Assembly: GCF_006345805.1 (NCBI RefSeq) | Contig: NC_043018.1 | Coordinates: forward strand, 27,094,001 to 27,158,000 | Length of the DNA: 64,000 nt | Source of the DNA: Octopus sinensis | Lineage: Eukaryota | Direction: 5' to 3' | Shown here: one piece after another, positions 48,600 to 60,999 of the stretch | Numbering within the stretch: position 1 is the first letter of the stretch | How the letters are laid out: the number at the start of each line of letters is the position of its first letter | The notes under the pieces: generated by a model | The model's input: the letters and a program-made list of their open reading frames with translations, nothing else | Databases searched by the model: none | What the model was told of the DNA's origin: nothing | Made by a program: the position numbers and the translations under genes

Positions 48600-48756
48600 A
48601 TGGGCATAGCTGCATGGTAAGAAGCTTGCTTCCCAACCACATGGTCCAAGGTTCAGTCCCACTGCGTGACACCTTGGGCAAGTATCATATACAATAGCTT
48701 TGGGCTAACCAAGGCCTTGTGAGTGAATTTGGTAGACAAACTGAAAGAAGCCCATC

Positions 48757-48795
<39 letters not shown>

Positions 48796-49010
48796 CTGTG
48801 TATGTCTGTGTCTGTGCTTGTCCTACACAACCATTGCTTGACAACTGATGTTGGTGTGTTTGCATCCCCGTAACTTAGCAGTTGAGCAAAAGAGACTGAC
48901 AGAATAAGTATTAGGCTTACGAAAAATAATCCTGGGTTTGATTTGCTTGACTAAAACCGCTTAAGGCAATGTTCCAGCATGGCCATGGTCGAATGACTGA
49001 AACAAGTGAA
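48600..49010 (+). mobile_element. SINE family A (older copy)
   Basis: Head GGCATAGCTGCATGGTAAGAAGC; tail GAAACAAGTGAAAGAG. Confidence 0.8.
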
Positions 49011-49552
49011 AGAGTAATCACATAACTGAAATTTTAAAGCCACTTGATAATACTTGATTAATTCAAAACAATGTGAATGAAAAGGTATTACATTTGGAAG
49101 AATAACCCGAATGCTAAGGGCTAGAACTAACCATATCTAACCCAGATATTCTAATAGTTTTATGTTCAAACCAGACAGATCTGACCTCACACCAACCTGA
49201 TAATGCCATTCTGTTAGACTATTAAACTATGAGAGAATGCAGGATTAATGCAAAACAATGTGAACAAATAAGGATTACATTTGATAGAGTAATCTGAATG
49301 CCGATGGGATAAAGGTGGTGCCCCAGCATGGTCGCATCGATTGCCATGTGGCTGACAAGTTTTGCTTCACAGCCATATGGTTGTAGGTTTGATCTCACTG
49401 TGTGACAAATAAATATGACATCATGCTTTCTTCTTGTAGCATCATCAGGTTAGTCAATACTTTCAGAGAACGGTTCACTTGATGGAGACTGTGCAGAAGC
49501 TTCTCACGTGTGTGTATATGTGTGTGTACACCAGTGAAAACTGGTATGTTGC

Positions 49553-49986
49553 CTTACCAACCCGGCTGAAACTGGCTCTGGTTCTTTAGTATAAATGTTT
49601 TATTTTCATAAGTTTTGAATTCAGATCTTCCACCAAATCTTAGTCACAATTTAGTGTTCCTAACGCTAGCCTTTCGTTACTGTATTTATTTTGAGATGCT
49701 CTGTGTTTCTTTCAATTACTTTAACTATAACAAAGAATTCAGTAAAATAACTTAGTTATCATTCAGCTAGTGTTAGGGACATAAATTGTGACTAAGGTTT
49801 GGTGAGAGATTTTAATTCAAAACTTATGAAAACAAGACATTTGTACTACAGAGCCAGAGGTGGTTTCAGCCGGGTTGGTAACGAAAGGGTTAATGGTAAC
49901 TAAGTTATTTTACTAAATTCTTTGTTATATTTAAAATAATTGGAAGGAACACAGAGCATCTCAAAATAAATACAGTAACGAAAGGG
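49553..49986. mobile_element. Rearranged cluster of the piggyBac-like MITE
   Basis: Reverse fragment, forward copy ending AAAGGG|TTAA at 49889, then a second reverse fragment ending AAAGGG|TTAA at 49986. Confidence 0.75.
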
Positions 49987-50016
49987 TTAAAAAGGTAACT
50001 TACCCATGTAAATCAT

Positions 50017-50047
<31 letters not shown>

Positions 50048-50794
50048 GTTGTAATTTATCCTCACCACCACCACCTCGTGTATGTATGTTCAGTCATGTA
50101 TTTCATTTATATAATGTATATGCGCTTGTGTGTGCGTGTGTGTGTGTGGGCATTGCAACAAATTTGACTTTTCTCAGTATTGAGTCATTTCACCAGCAAT
50201 TTCTCAATTGTTATTCCTGAACTGCTGACCTTGTAATAAAACACACACACACACACATGGAATGAGAGAGAGAGAGATAGAGAGAAGAAGGAAAACGTTT
50301 TAAGTATGACTAAATGTATATAAAAAAAATAGGAAATATTAGCTAGTGACTAATCTTAAGTACAGTTATTACGATTATTGTGATGATGCTGATGATGATG
50401 AGGCACATCATCGCCTTCTTCATCATCATCATCTTCATTATCTCAATCATTGTAATGATTGTCATCATATCCGTACTCTTCTGTAGTGGGATATCTTGCA
50501 GTGGGCTGTTCAATATGTCGTATTGATTTCTGAGAAGAAAAGGGCCAAATGTATATCCTGTTCTGTATATGCATGTGTATGTATGTGTGGGAGAGCAAGA
50601 GATGTGCTGGTGTTGTGTTTAAGAAGTCTGGTTTACAAATATGGAGCTCCTGTTTGAGTCCCAGCACCCATTTAGGGGCATCTTGAATAGGTGTCTTCTA
50701 CAGGTTTGGGTTGACCATAATGTCTTGCTTGTAGAATTTGGGAGATGGGAGCTCTGGAAGCTCACTGCATATATTTGTGTGTGTATATCACCGT

Positions 50795-51012
50795 GATCAC
50801 CGTGACCGACCAGGCTATCAGATGTTGCCACACATCGCTGGTCACAAAGCGTTTCGCATTGTTTTAGCCTTTAAATGACGCCACCCCGCTAGCTAAGCGA
50901 GCAGGCCAACAGAGCTTTAGGCAGTTTCGCTCAATAAACACTCACAACCCCCAGTCTGGGAATCGAAACCACGATATACGACCGCGAGTCTGCTGCCCTA
51001 ACCACTGGGCCA
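50795..51012 (-). mobile_element. SINE family C
   Basis: Reverse of TGGCCCAGTGGTTAGGGCAGCAGACTCGCGG. Confidence 0.8.
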
Positions 51013-51699
51013 TTATATATATGTGTATATATATGTATATTTATATGTATGTGTGTTTATATGTAGGCACAGGCATGGCTTTGTGGTAAGAAATTTGCTT
51101 CCCAACCACATGGTTCCATTAATTAATTAGAATATATGAAATTAGAATAATTTCTAATTATTAATTAGAATATATGAAAGAAAATATTCAGGGTTGATGA
51201 AATAAGTACCAGTTGAGCACTGGGGTCGATGTAACAGACTTACCCCATTCCCCAAAATTTCAGGTCCTCATCATCTTCATCATCATCATCTTCGTATATG
51301 TGTTTATATGTATGTGTGTATGTGCCATCGGCATGAAGGCCAGTCAGGCAGTACTGGCAACGGCCATGCTCAGATAGTGTTTTTTACGTGCCACCTGCAC
51401 AGGAGCCAGTCCAGTGACACTGGCAACGACCTCGCTCGAATGTTGTATTTGTGTTAGTGTGTCTGTATACCCCTTATTTCAAAAATGGTGACTAAAACCA
51501 TCATCCGGTAGATTTCAGTGTGATAAGTCTGAAGCTAAAATCCTTCAGCAGAGAAACTGGTTGCACTGCTTGCCTGGATTTCTGTGACTCTCTTTCGCCA
51601 TCCAATTCTGTTATTCGAATTGTGTGTCTGAGTCACAATAAATCTTTAATGAGCTGATGACACAACCATGGACACCATCCCTATAGTTAGATTGCAGTA

Positions 51700-52355
51700 T
51701 CATCATCATCATCGTCATCGTCGTCATTTAACTTCTGCTTTCCATGCTGGCATGGGTTGGACGATTTGACTGAGGACTGGCGAACCAGATGGCTGCACCA
51801 GGCTCCAATCAGATCTGGCAGAGTTTCTACAGCTTGATGCCCTTCCTAACGCCAACCACTCCGAGAGCGTAATGGGTGCTTTTACGTGCCATCGGCATGA
51901 AGGCCAGTCAGGCAGTACTGGCAACGGCCATGCTCAGATGGTGTTTTTTACGTGCCACCTGCACAGGAGCCAGTCCAGTGGCACTGGCAACGACCTCGCT
52001 CGAATGTTGTTATTCACGTGCCACCAGCACAAGTGCCAGTATGGGGACGCTGGTAGTGATCATGCTTGATTGGTGAATTTTACGTGCCACTGGCACAGAA
52101 GCCAGTTAGCTGCTCTGGCAACGATCACACTTGGATGGTGCTGTTAGCACTCCACTAGCATGGATGTCAGTCATCGAATTTGATTTCGGTTTCACTTGCC
52201 TCAACAGGTCTTCGCAAGCAGAGTTTAGTGTCCAATGAAGGAAAGGTATGCATAAGTGGGCTGGTTACACCCCTGGCATAGGCCACGAGGCTATGGTCTC
52301 ACTTGGCTTGCCGGGTCTTCCCAAGCACAGTATATTTCCAAAGGTCTCAGTCAAC
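51700..52355 (-). mobile_element. RTE LINE 3' end including the last ORF2 codons (long-UTR variant)
   Basis: CTCACTTGGCTTGCCGGGTCTTCCCAAGCACAGTATATTTCCAAAGGTCTC matches the reverse of the ORF2 end at 17085-17140; a partial duplicate of its UTR lies at 51320-51445. Confidence 0.85.
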
Positions 52356-53378
52356 CATTGATCTAGGATTCTTCTGTTGAGCACCGATGTAAGAAGCACC
52401 ATTGGCTCAGTTGAGCTCTTCCATTGCCTTTTCACAATCTACCATGCTACAATCCCATTACTTGGCCATATATCTAGCAGGGTGGCTCAACAGGCGCTAT
52501 GCAGAGCATAGTTATCACTCTGTGAGCTATTTTCAAAATACCTGCATACCGTTCGTGATAGAAACCATTAGAATTATAACAGAACGACGCTAGGCTGGTT
52601 TGTTCTTGTAATGGCCTGAAATAATGGAGGATAATGTTACATTATTTTTATTACATGTCTGGAGATATTTCTGGATTTTATGGATATTTTTAATTACATC
52701 TCTATGGATATTGTTAGAGAAATTTAATCTGGTAGTTTATTTTTCTTTGTCTTTTCATCATCATTACCAGTGTCATCATCATCAAAATAATCATCGTTGT
52801 CATCATCATCGTCATCATAATCATAATCACTGTCATCATCATCATCACCACTGTCATCATAATCATTATCATACCTCCTCCTCCACATCCTCCTTTCTCG
52901 TCCATTTTTTGCAACAGTTGGATACACGTCTTCTCTTTCACAGCATTTCAATATGTTTTCTACTCTTTGTGTTCTTTGTGAGCTTCAGCTTCTTGGGGCT
53001 TCCACAACCACTTCCTCTCGATTCTTCTTCTTCAGTTTTCCTCTTCTGCTAGTTTGTTCTGCGTGACTATTTCTTGCCTCATCTTTCACCCAACCAAACT
53101 GCTATTCTATCCTCCAAATGCATCACAAGGCCCCTCTCTCCAAGCTCAGTTGTCTCCCTTGCACATTATGCCTGTTCCTTCTCAATAAGAGAGATTTGCT
53201 TAACAAGTACAGGTCTTCGTCGACTTACCACACAGTTGGTTCTGACTGACTGGTTGTTAGTAGATTTTGTTGTAGGTCGGCCTATAAGCCTACATAGCTT
53301 TGTTATTTACTTTTACATTCTTAAAATTCATTTTCAAGTAAAAGTCGCACACAACATTCTGTATTATCCTGTCTACTG

Positions 53379-53914
53379 GGATCTTTTCCTTTTGAATGGC
53401 ACTTTGTAACATAATTTCTAGGTAACTAAAAAGTTTTAAACTTCGTATACTGGTAGAATGTGTTTGTAAAACATTATAATTGTGGGTGACAATTTCATAC
53501 GACACCGCTACGGAAAATGGGATTTTTTTCTAGCAGTGTCAAATGAAAATGTCACCCATAATTATGGCCCTAGTATCGATCTATTGCATTTCAATCTATT
53601 TTAGATTTAGGGTTAGGGTTGGGTAAGGGTATCTTTTTTTCTTTACAAATGTAAATAAACCCAATCTGTTTCTTAAAGGAGGGACATATTCATTATGCAC
53701 AGAATGTTATTTACCTAAATGGACATCAGCGATTGGTTAAAATTGCCGAAATGCTTGAAATTAAAGATGAAATATCTTACAACCTATAGAATTTTCTCAA
53801 TAAAGCCAAGAGAAAATGATGTTTTATAAACACATTCTTCCAGTATATGGAGTTTAAATCTTTTTAGTTACCTAGAAATTATGTTACAAAGTGCCTTTCA
53901 AAAGGAAAAGATCC
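53379..53914. mobile_element. GGATCTTTTC-TIR MITE, rearranged variant
   Basis: About 95-bp TIRs; flanks GTCTACTG and GTATACTG (7/8 identical). Confidence 0.85.
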
Positions 53915-54272
53915 GTATACTGTATATACAACAGTGTTATTTGTTTGGAGTCTCGAGCAGACATCTAATAAACAAATACGAGGTTGCCTAAATGTCTCTG
54001 CGACAGGATATTCATCCAACATTTGTTATGACCACAGTGGCGATTGAAAACCAAACCTAGGAGAAGCGTTTGTTAGCTGACATCATCCATAGATGGGTTA
54101 ATTTCTAAGAAATGAAACCCATTAGATTTCAACTGGACTATTTATTTATTATTGCTGCCAGGAGCTGGTGCGCCAATCATCGTAAAGTTGATTGGTTGCA
54201 AGTCGAATAGGTTGTAAGTTGATGACGACCTGTATGTGGTTTCATGTAGCTGTTAAGCAGACTTCTTAGCAA

Positions 54273-54675
54273 GGCGGCGAGCTGGCAGAAACGTTAGCAC
54301 GCCGGGCAAAATGCTTAGCAGTATTTCGTCTGCTGTTACGTTCTGAGTTCAAATTCTGCCGAGGTCGACTTTGCCTTTCATCTTTTCAGAGTCGATTAAA
54401 TAAGTACCAGTTACGCACTGGGGTCGATATAATCGACTTAATCCGTTTGCCTGTCCTTGTTTGTCCACCCTTGTGGGTGGGTAGTAAAGAAATTGGTATT
54501 TCGTCTGTTGCTACGTTCTGAGTTCAAATTCCGCTGAGGTTGACTTTGCCTTTCATCCTTTCGGGGTCGATTAAATAAGTACCAGTTGTGCATTGGGGTT
54601 GATGTAATCGACTTAATCTCTTTGTCCTTGTTTGTCCCCTCTATGTTTAGCCCCTTGTGGGCAATAAAGAAATAA
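54273..54675 (+). mobile_element. Tandem pair of SINE-B (second copy headless)
   Basis: First copy ends GGTAGTAAAGAAATT; second begins at GGTATTTCGTCTG. Confidence 0.85.
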
Positions 54676-55394
54676 GCAGACTTCTTAACCACACAGCCGT
54701 ATCTGTGCCTATTGCAATATTGGCGTAGTGTGGACGTTATAATGTTAGTGTGCGTGAACAGGATAGCGGGAATGAGCTAAGGCAAGAACTGAACATAGAA
54801 GGACTGTGTAATGTTCAAGGGAGCTGGTGTGGACCTTGTGAATACATTTGGAGGACAACAGGGCAGTTTGGGTGGGTGAAGATGATCCAAGAAATATTCA
54901 AGTAGAGCAAACGTGCAGAAGAAGTCTTGAGAGGGAGTGGTGGAAGCCATTCATAAGAGGCTGAATGCTGTATGGCACATTGGGCAAGTGTCTTCTCTAG
55001 CCCGGGGCTAATCAAAGCTTTGTGAGTAAATTTAGTAGATATAAGCCGTATAGAAACATATCCCCCGTCTCTCTCTCTCTTTGTCTTGGCCCTCCTCTCT
55101 CTGTTTAGGTTCTCTCTCTTTCTCTCTGTTTTGTTCCTCTCTCTCAGTCTTAGCCCTCTTTCTTTCTCTGCCACTGTCTTGGCCCACTCTCTTTTTCCTC
55201 CCCTCTGCTCTCTCTCTCTCTTTCTCTGTCTCTTGATATCCTCTGGCTTTGTTTGTCACAGCCTGTGCCAAATTGTGATAAGATGCTTTACATTCCTTGC
55301 TGACATTATGCCTGGTCACACTACACTTTTGAAGATTAATGTAATCAAAAACTATTTTGAAGATTAATGTTTATCAAAAACTATTGCTTACTTG

Positions 55395-55975
55395 AGAAAC
55401 GTGAAGTCGCATGGCCTAATGGTTAAGGTGTTGGGCTCATTATCATAAGATTGTGGTTTTGGTTCCTGGACTGGCTGAGACATTGGGCACTTGAGCAAAA
55501 CACTTCGTTTTGCATTGCTTCAATTCACTAGGCTAGCAATAATCACTAATCCTTCAATGGATTAGTGCCCTGTCCAGGTGGAGAATATATGTGCTATGGA
55601 AACTGGGAAATTGGCCCTTATGAATCTTTATAATTTGGGAAGGATCTTTATCCTTTATCTTTACTTGAGAAAAAGACAAGAGCAAGGGTATCATCATCGT
55701 CATCATTGTTTAACATCTGTTTTCCATGCTAGCATGGGTTGGATGGTTCAACTGGGGTCTGGGAAGCCAGGAGGCTGCACCAGGCTCCAGTCTTATTTGG
55801 CAGTGTTTTTGCAGCTGGATGCCCTTCCCTGATGCCAACCACTCCGTGAGTGTAGTGGGTGCTTTTAACCTGCCACGGTTGGTGCTTTTTATGTGCCACT
55901 GGCACAGAAGTCAATCAAGGCGTCGCTGGCATCAGCCACGTTCGGATGGTGCTTTTTACGTGCTGGCCATAAAAT
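55395..55975. mobile_element. Decayed SINE-D (+, 55395-55640) and RTE tail (-, 55690-55975)
   Basis: Family matches. Confidence 0.75.
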
Positions 55976-56179
55976 GTTGCCTCAAGTAATTGCCCATCTG
56001 ACACGAGCCAGCATGGAAATTCCTTATCATCATCATTTAATATCTACTTTACCATGCTTTCCTGCATCAGACGGAATTTGTTGCCCTTCCTATTGCCAAC
56101 CTTCACCTGTTTCGAAGCAAGGTAATATCTTCTCATAGTTAGATGGGGAATACTGGATAGGAAACTACCTAACTTGTAT

Positions 56180-56403
56180 ACTCTTTTACTTGTTTCAGTC
56201 ATTTGACTGCGGCCATGCTGGAGCACCGCCTTTAGTCGAGCAAATCGACCCCGGGACTTATTCTTTGTAAGCCTAGTACTTATTCTATCGGTCTCTTTTG
56301 CCGAACCGCTAATTTATGGGGGACATAAACACACCATCGGTTGTCAAGCGATGTTGGGTGGACAAACACAAACACAGAAACATATACACACACACACACA
56401 CAC

Positions 56404-56446
<43 letters not shown>

Positions 56447-56812
56447 ATATATATATAGTTAATCCAAACATGAAAACACAACAACGTGAGGACGTGGAAC
56501 AAGTATAGTATTATTGGATGCTCAGGAAAGAAGGAGGGTTTAACGTTTTGAGCGAAGCTCTTTGTCTGAAACATAGGAAAAGGAAAGATCCAAAGAAGGG
56601 AAGACAGAGACATTTTGAATATATATATATATATATATGCATATATACGACGGACTTCTTTCAGTTTCCGTCTGCCAAATCCACTCACAAGGCTTTGGTC
56701 GGCCCAAGGCTATGGTAGAAGACACTTTTCCAAGGTGCCACGCAGTGGGAATGAACCCAGAACCATGTGGTTGGTAAGCAAGCTTCTTACCACACAGCCA
56801 CTCCTGCGCCTG
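56180..56812 (-). mobile_element. SINE-A split by a pLTR-like insert (56460-56620)
   Basis: Tail at 56180-56400 and head at 56640-56812; the insert sits in the TA tract and matches 41850-42060. Confidence 0.8.
56538..56572 (-). ncRNA. Decayed minimal hammerhead-like motif (short family)
   Basis: Minus: gttt-CAGACAAA-GAGC(TTC)GCTC-AAAAC-GTT-aaac. Confidence 0.4.
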
Positions 56813-57374
56813 TATGTTGATGCTTAATTAACAATCATCCCGTGATAGATGTTAAACAAAACGAACAATTATACAAACAGCAGTGCATGCTTACTCTCTT
56901 TCCAACATTTAGCATGCCTTCATTAGCTACTTATGTTTTGCTATCCTGCAATTTGGAATGTAGCATTGTGCAGTCTGCCCTTCATTCTACAGAAAACCTG
57001 TTACCTAACAAAGATCGTTACACTTGCTTCATTTCTTTCCAACCTTAATACACCTTGAGCAGCTATTTACAATGTTTTACTGTCTTACAATATGGCATTT
57101 TTGTACACAAATGTTATGCAATCTGCCTTTCATTTCATACAGTAAAACCTGTCTGATAACTACTGTTGCTACTAAAGGTATTAAACTTGTTAAGCTCTAT
57201 TTTTTTCTTACTTATCCTAGCTTACTGTTTTTACAGTAACCTTCCCCAAATTAGGTTATCTGTATATATTATAAAAACTAAATGTGTTTTGTGAATAAAA
57301 TGGAACAATAGCATAGACTGGTAGTTTAAAAAAATATGTTCTCAATATGTGTCAAATCAGTTGGATGCTTTTAA

Positions 57375-57596
57375 CTCTTTCCGATACCAACCCGGCTGAA
57401 ACCGGCTCTGGCTCTGTAGTACAAATGTCTTGTTTTCATAAGTTTTGAATTAAAATCTTCCACCAAACCTTAGTCACAATTTATGTTCCTAACACTAGCT
57501 GAATGACAACTAAGTTATTTTACTCAATTCTTTGTTATATTTAAAGTAATTGAAAGAAACACAGAACATCTCAAAATAGATACAGTAATGAAAGGG
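57375..57596. mobile_element. piggyBac-like MITE (reverse orientation relative to 7627)
   Basis: TTAA|CTCTTTCCGATACC ... GTAATGAAAGGG|TTAA. Confidence 0.8.
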
Positions 57597-57699
57597 TTAA
57601 GTGAGAATTTCATGGTTTATAAACACTAATTCATAATCATCTAATTGTTAAAATAGAAAAATTATCAGAAAAGCGATTTCTATTCATTTTTACCCACTA

Positions 57700-57855
57700 C
57701 ACTCTTGGAGTGGTTGGCATTAGGAAGGGCAGCCAGCTGCAGAAATTCTGCCAGATCCAGATTGGAGCCTGGTGCAGCCATCTGGTTTGCCAGTCCTCAG
57801 TCAAATCGTCCAACCCATGCTAGCATGGAAAGCGGACGTTAAATGATGATGATGT
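57700..57855 (+). mobile_element. RTE 3' tail copy
   Basis: Ends GCGGACGTTAAA(TGA)n. Confidence 0.85.
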
Positions 57856-58011
57856 ATCTATATATTTGTAACAGTGGTGCCCCATTATGACCATAGCTCT
57901 CGAGTTGAAACTTGTAAACAAAAAAAAAACATATATATATATGTATACACACACACATGTATTATATATACACATATGCATGTATGTGTGTGTGTGTGTG
58001 TGTATATATAT

Positions 58012-58357
58012 GTAGGGGTCCACCAAGGTTCAGCCCTTAGTCCCCTTCTATTCATCATAGTCCTCCAGGCAATAACAGAGGAATTCAAGATGGGTTGCCC
58101 CTGGGAGTTCCTCTATGCTGATGACCTGGCCCTCATAGCAGAATCACTACCGGAACTAGAAAAGAAATTTCAGGTGGGAAGCTAGGTTTAGAATCAAAAA
58201 GCCTTAGAGTAAATGTAGCAAGGTGAAACATGGGCTGTGACTACAGAGGACATGTGTAGGCTTGAAAGAAATGAAGCTAACATGATCTGCTGGATGTGTA
58301 ATGTCAGTGTGCATACACGACTTAGTGTAAGCGCCCTGAGAGAAATGCTGGACATCA
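58012..58357 (+). pseudogene. RTE reverse-transcriptase fragment with an internal deletion
   Basis: VGVHQGSALSPLLF...LYADDLAL, then jumps to ETWAVTTEDMCRLERNEA. Confidence 0.9.
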
Positions 58358-59062
58358 TAGTAGAAGGCACTTGCCCAAGGTGCCACGCAGTGGGACTGGA
58401 CCCGGAACCATGTGGTTGGTTAGCAAACTACTTACCACACAGCCACTCCTGCGCCTTGTATATTACATGAATGAATGGAGAAAATACACATGTGGGAAAC
58501 TTTCGTACATGTAGGTAAAGAGGCTGTCACCCACTCAAGTTAGTTTGGGGGTACCTTGGGAATAATTAAAAAAAAACAAAACAAATAGATGCAGCTGAAT
58601 ATATAACTAGTCCTCCTCCCACTGCCCCCAATCCCAGTGCAGTACGTCCAGATAAATATATATGCAACAACGTACAGAAAATAGCACTGCCAGGTGCACA
58701 CACACACACTCACACACACATGCGTGCATGCACACACTGTGTGTTATACTTTAAATAGACCGATGGGAAACAAGACTAATAGAAACACATGTTGTACCCA
58801 AGGTACTCAGAGTTGTGTTGAGATATGCAATGATAACAGTCAATAAAATAATGATGTTGATGATGATGATGATGACCACAATGAAGGCTTATTTTTATTA
58901 TTATTGAGAAAAAATAAAAACAAATAATGATAATAATAATTATCATGATTTCTTTTATTATATTATATATAATATAATAAAACAAATCATCATCATCAAT
59001 ATCATTATTTTTATTATTATTATTAATTATTATTATTATTATTATTATTATTGTTATTATTG

Positions 59063-59526
59063 AGTGAGAGAGCAGCACATGTCATCAAAGTGACTCTGGG
59101 GTAAAATAAATGAAGCCCACTATACCCATCGTGTCTACCCGTCTGATAAGGGTACACTAGGCACTTGCATCACAACCATATGTGCGCGACATGGTGATCT
59201 CGTATCAAGATAAAAAGCGCTTGACCTTGCAGGTGGGACCCAGTTAAAATTTTCTTCAGGTTGAGTAGCCCATCCCACTCAAAAGGTCCTTGAATGAGGG
59301 TTGTTTAAGGATGATGAACAAAACACGTTTCCAGTGGTGAATTATCCAAACCTTAAAGAATCCCTCTCAACACATGGCTATGATGCTCCCCCATTTCTTC
59401 TGCTTGTGAGCAAAGATGCACATATCGTCAGCCACTAAGGGACATGGTCAACTGGTTATGGTCAAACAACTGACTAGCAAATCTGTGGTATTGAGAAGAA
59501 TATTTACTGTAGCCCATCTTTTTATA
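59063..59526 (-). mobile_element. Retroposon-like segment with a (TAA)n tail, family unassigned
   Basis: A long (ATT)n tract at about 59000-59080 abuts a high-complexity segment; polarity is inferred from the tail. Confidence 0.4.
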
Positions 59527-59975
59527 TCAAGACAAAACAATCAAAGAATCAAAATCGAAATCGATCAACATCAATGGAAATTGCAGCTGTGATACCAGTA
59601 CTGGTGGTATGTAAGAGAACCATCTGAACGTGGCCGTTGCCAGCGCCGCCCCGACTGGCCTCATGCCGGTGGTACGTAAAAAGTACCATCTGATCGTGGC
59701 CGTTGCCTGCCTCGCCTGGCCCCCATGCCGGTGGCACGTAAAAAGCACCATCCGATCGTGGCTGTTTGCCAGCCTTGTCTGGCACCTGTGCCGTTAGCAT
59801 GTAAAAAGCACCCACTACACTCACGGAGCGGTTGGTGTTAGGAAGGGCATCCAGCCGTAGAAACATTGCCAGATCAGACTGGGCCTGGTGCAGCCTTCTG
59901 GCTTCCCAGACCCCAGTTGAACTGTCCAACCCATGCTAGCATGGAAAGCGGACGTTAAACGATGATGATGATGAT
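59527..59975 (+). mobile_element. RTE 3' UTR plus (GAT)n tail
   Basis: AATCAAAATCGAAATCGATCAACATCAATGGAAAT...GGACGTTAAAC(GAT)n. Confidence 0.9.
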
Positions 59976-60282
59976 GAAAACAATGTACATGATAACACTT
60001 CCAATCAGTTAAGATCAGAAGCCACGAGAGCCACTGCCTGGTACGGTTATTTGACATTTGATACTTTCAAGCATATTTCAATTGCATCATCTGTGACACC
60101 GCTGTGTTGCTGAGGTATATGCAGGACTGTGTTGTTTTTTGTTGTTTTTGCTGGTAGTGGTGGTGATGGTGGGGGGAGTATTATATGGCATCTATTTGTT
60201 TAGTTATGGGGTTTGGTTGCAGCTTTTTGTTTTATTAGTGTTTGTGTTATGTGTGTTCTTCTGTTGGGTATCTGGCTTACTC

Positions 60283-60672
60283 TTTTACTCTTTTACTTGT
60301 TTCAGTCATTTGACTGCGGCCATGCTGGAGCACCGCTTTTAGTCGAGCAAATCGACCCCGGGACTTATTCTTTGTAAGCCCAGTACTAATTCTATCGGTC
60401 TCTTTTGCCGAACTGCCAAGTGACGGGGACGTAAACACACCAGCATCGGTTGTCAAGCAATGCTAGGGAGACAAACACAGGCACACAAACGTATACACAC
60501 ACATATATATACATATATACGACGGGCTTCTTTCAGTTTCCGTCTACCAAATCCACTCACAAGGGTTTGGTTGTCCCTATAGCAGAAGACACTTGCCCGA
60601 GGTGCCACGCAGTGGGACTGAACCCGGAACCATGTGGCTGGTAAGCAAGCTACTTACCACACAGCCACTCCT
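60283..60672 (-). mobile_element. SINE family A, full length
   Basis: Reverse copy. Confidence 0.9.
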
Positions 60673-60999
60673 GCTGTTTTTTTTTTTGCTGGTGGTGGTG
60701 GTGGTGGTGGGGAGTATTATATGGCATCTATTTGTATTCCATCTATGGGGTTTGGTTGCAGCTTTTTGTTGTATGTTGTTAGTGTAATATGTGTTCTTCT
60801 GTTGAGTATCTGGCTTGTTTACGATTTTGTGGAGGTTGTTTATTTTATCGGATATTTACTATATAAAGTGTGTCTTGTGTTTGTAGATTATTTTATTTGG
60901 GTTGTAGCATTTTGGACTGATAGTGTTTGCGTAGGAGGTGGGCTGTTCCTAGCTGGGCTCTTTTTTGGATAATAATAATAATAATAATAATGATAATAA

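Noticed and set aside
52624-53052. His-rich 142-aa ORF
   Set aside because: Product of a degenerate (CAT)n tract.
53600-53630. TTAGGG telomere-like repeats (also about 25005)
   Set aside because: Only 2-3 units and part of the MITE consensus; not an interstitial telomere.
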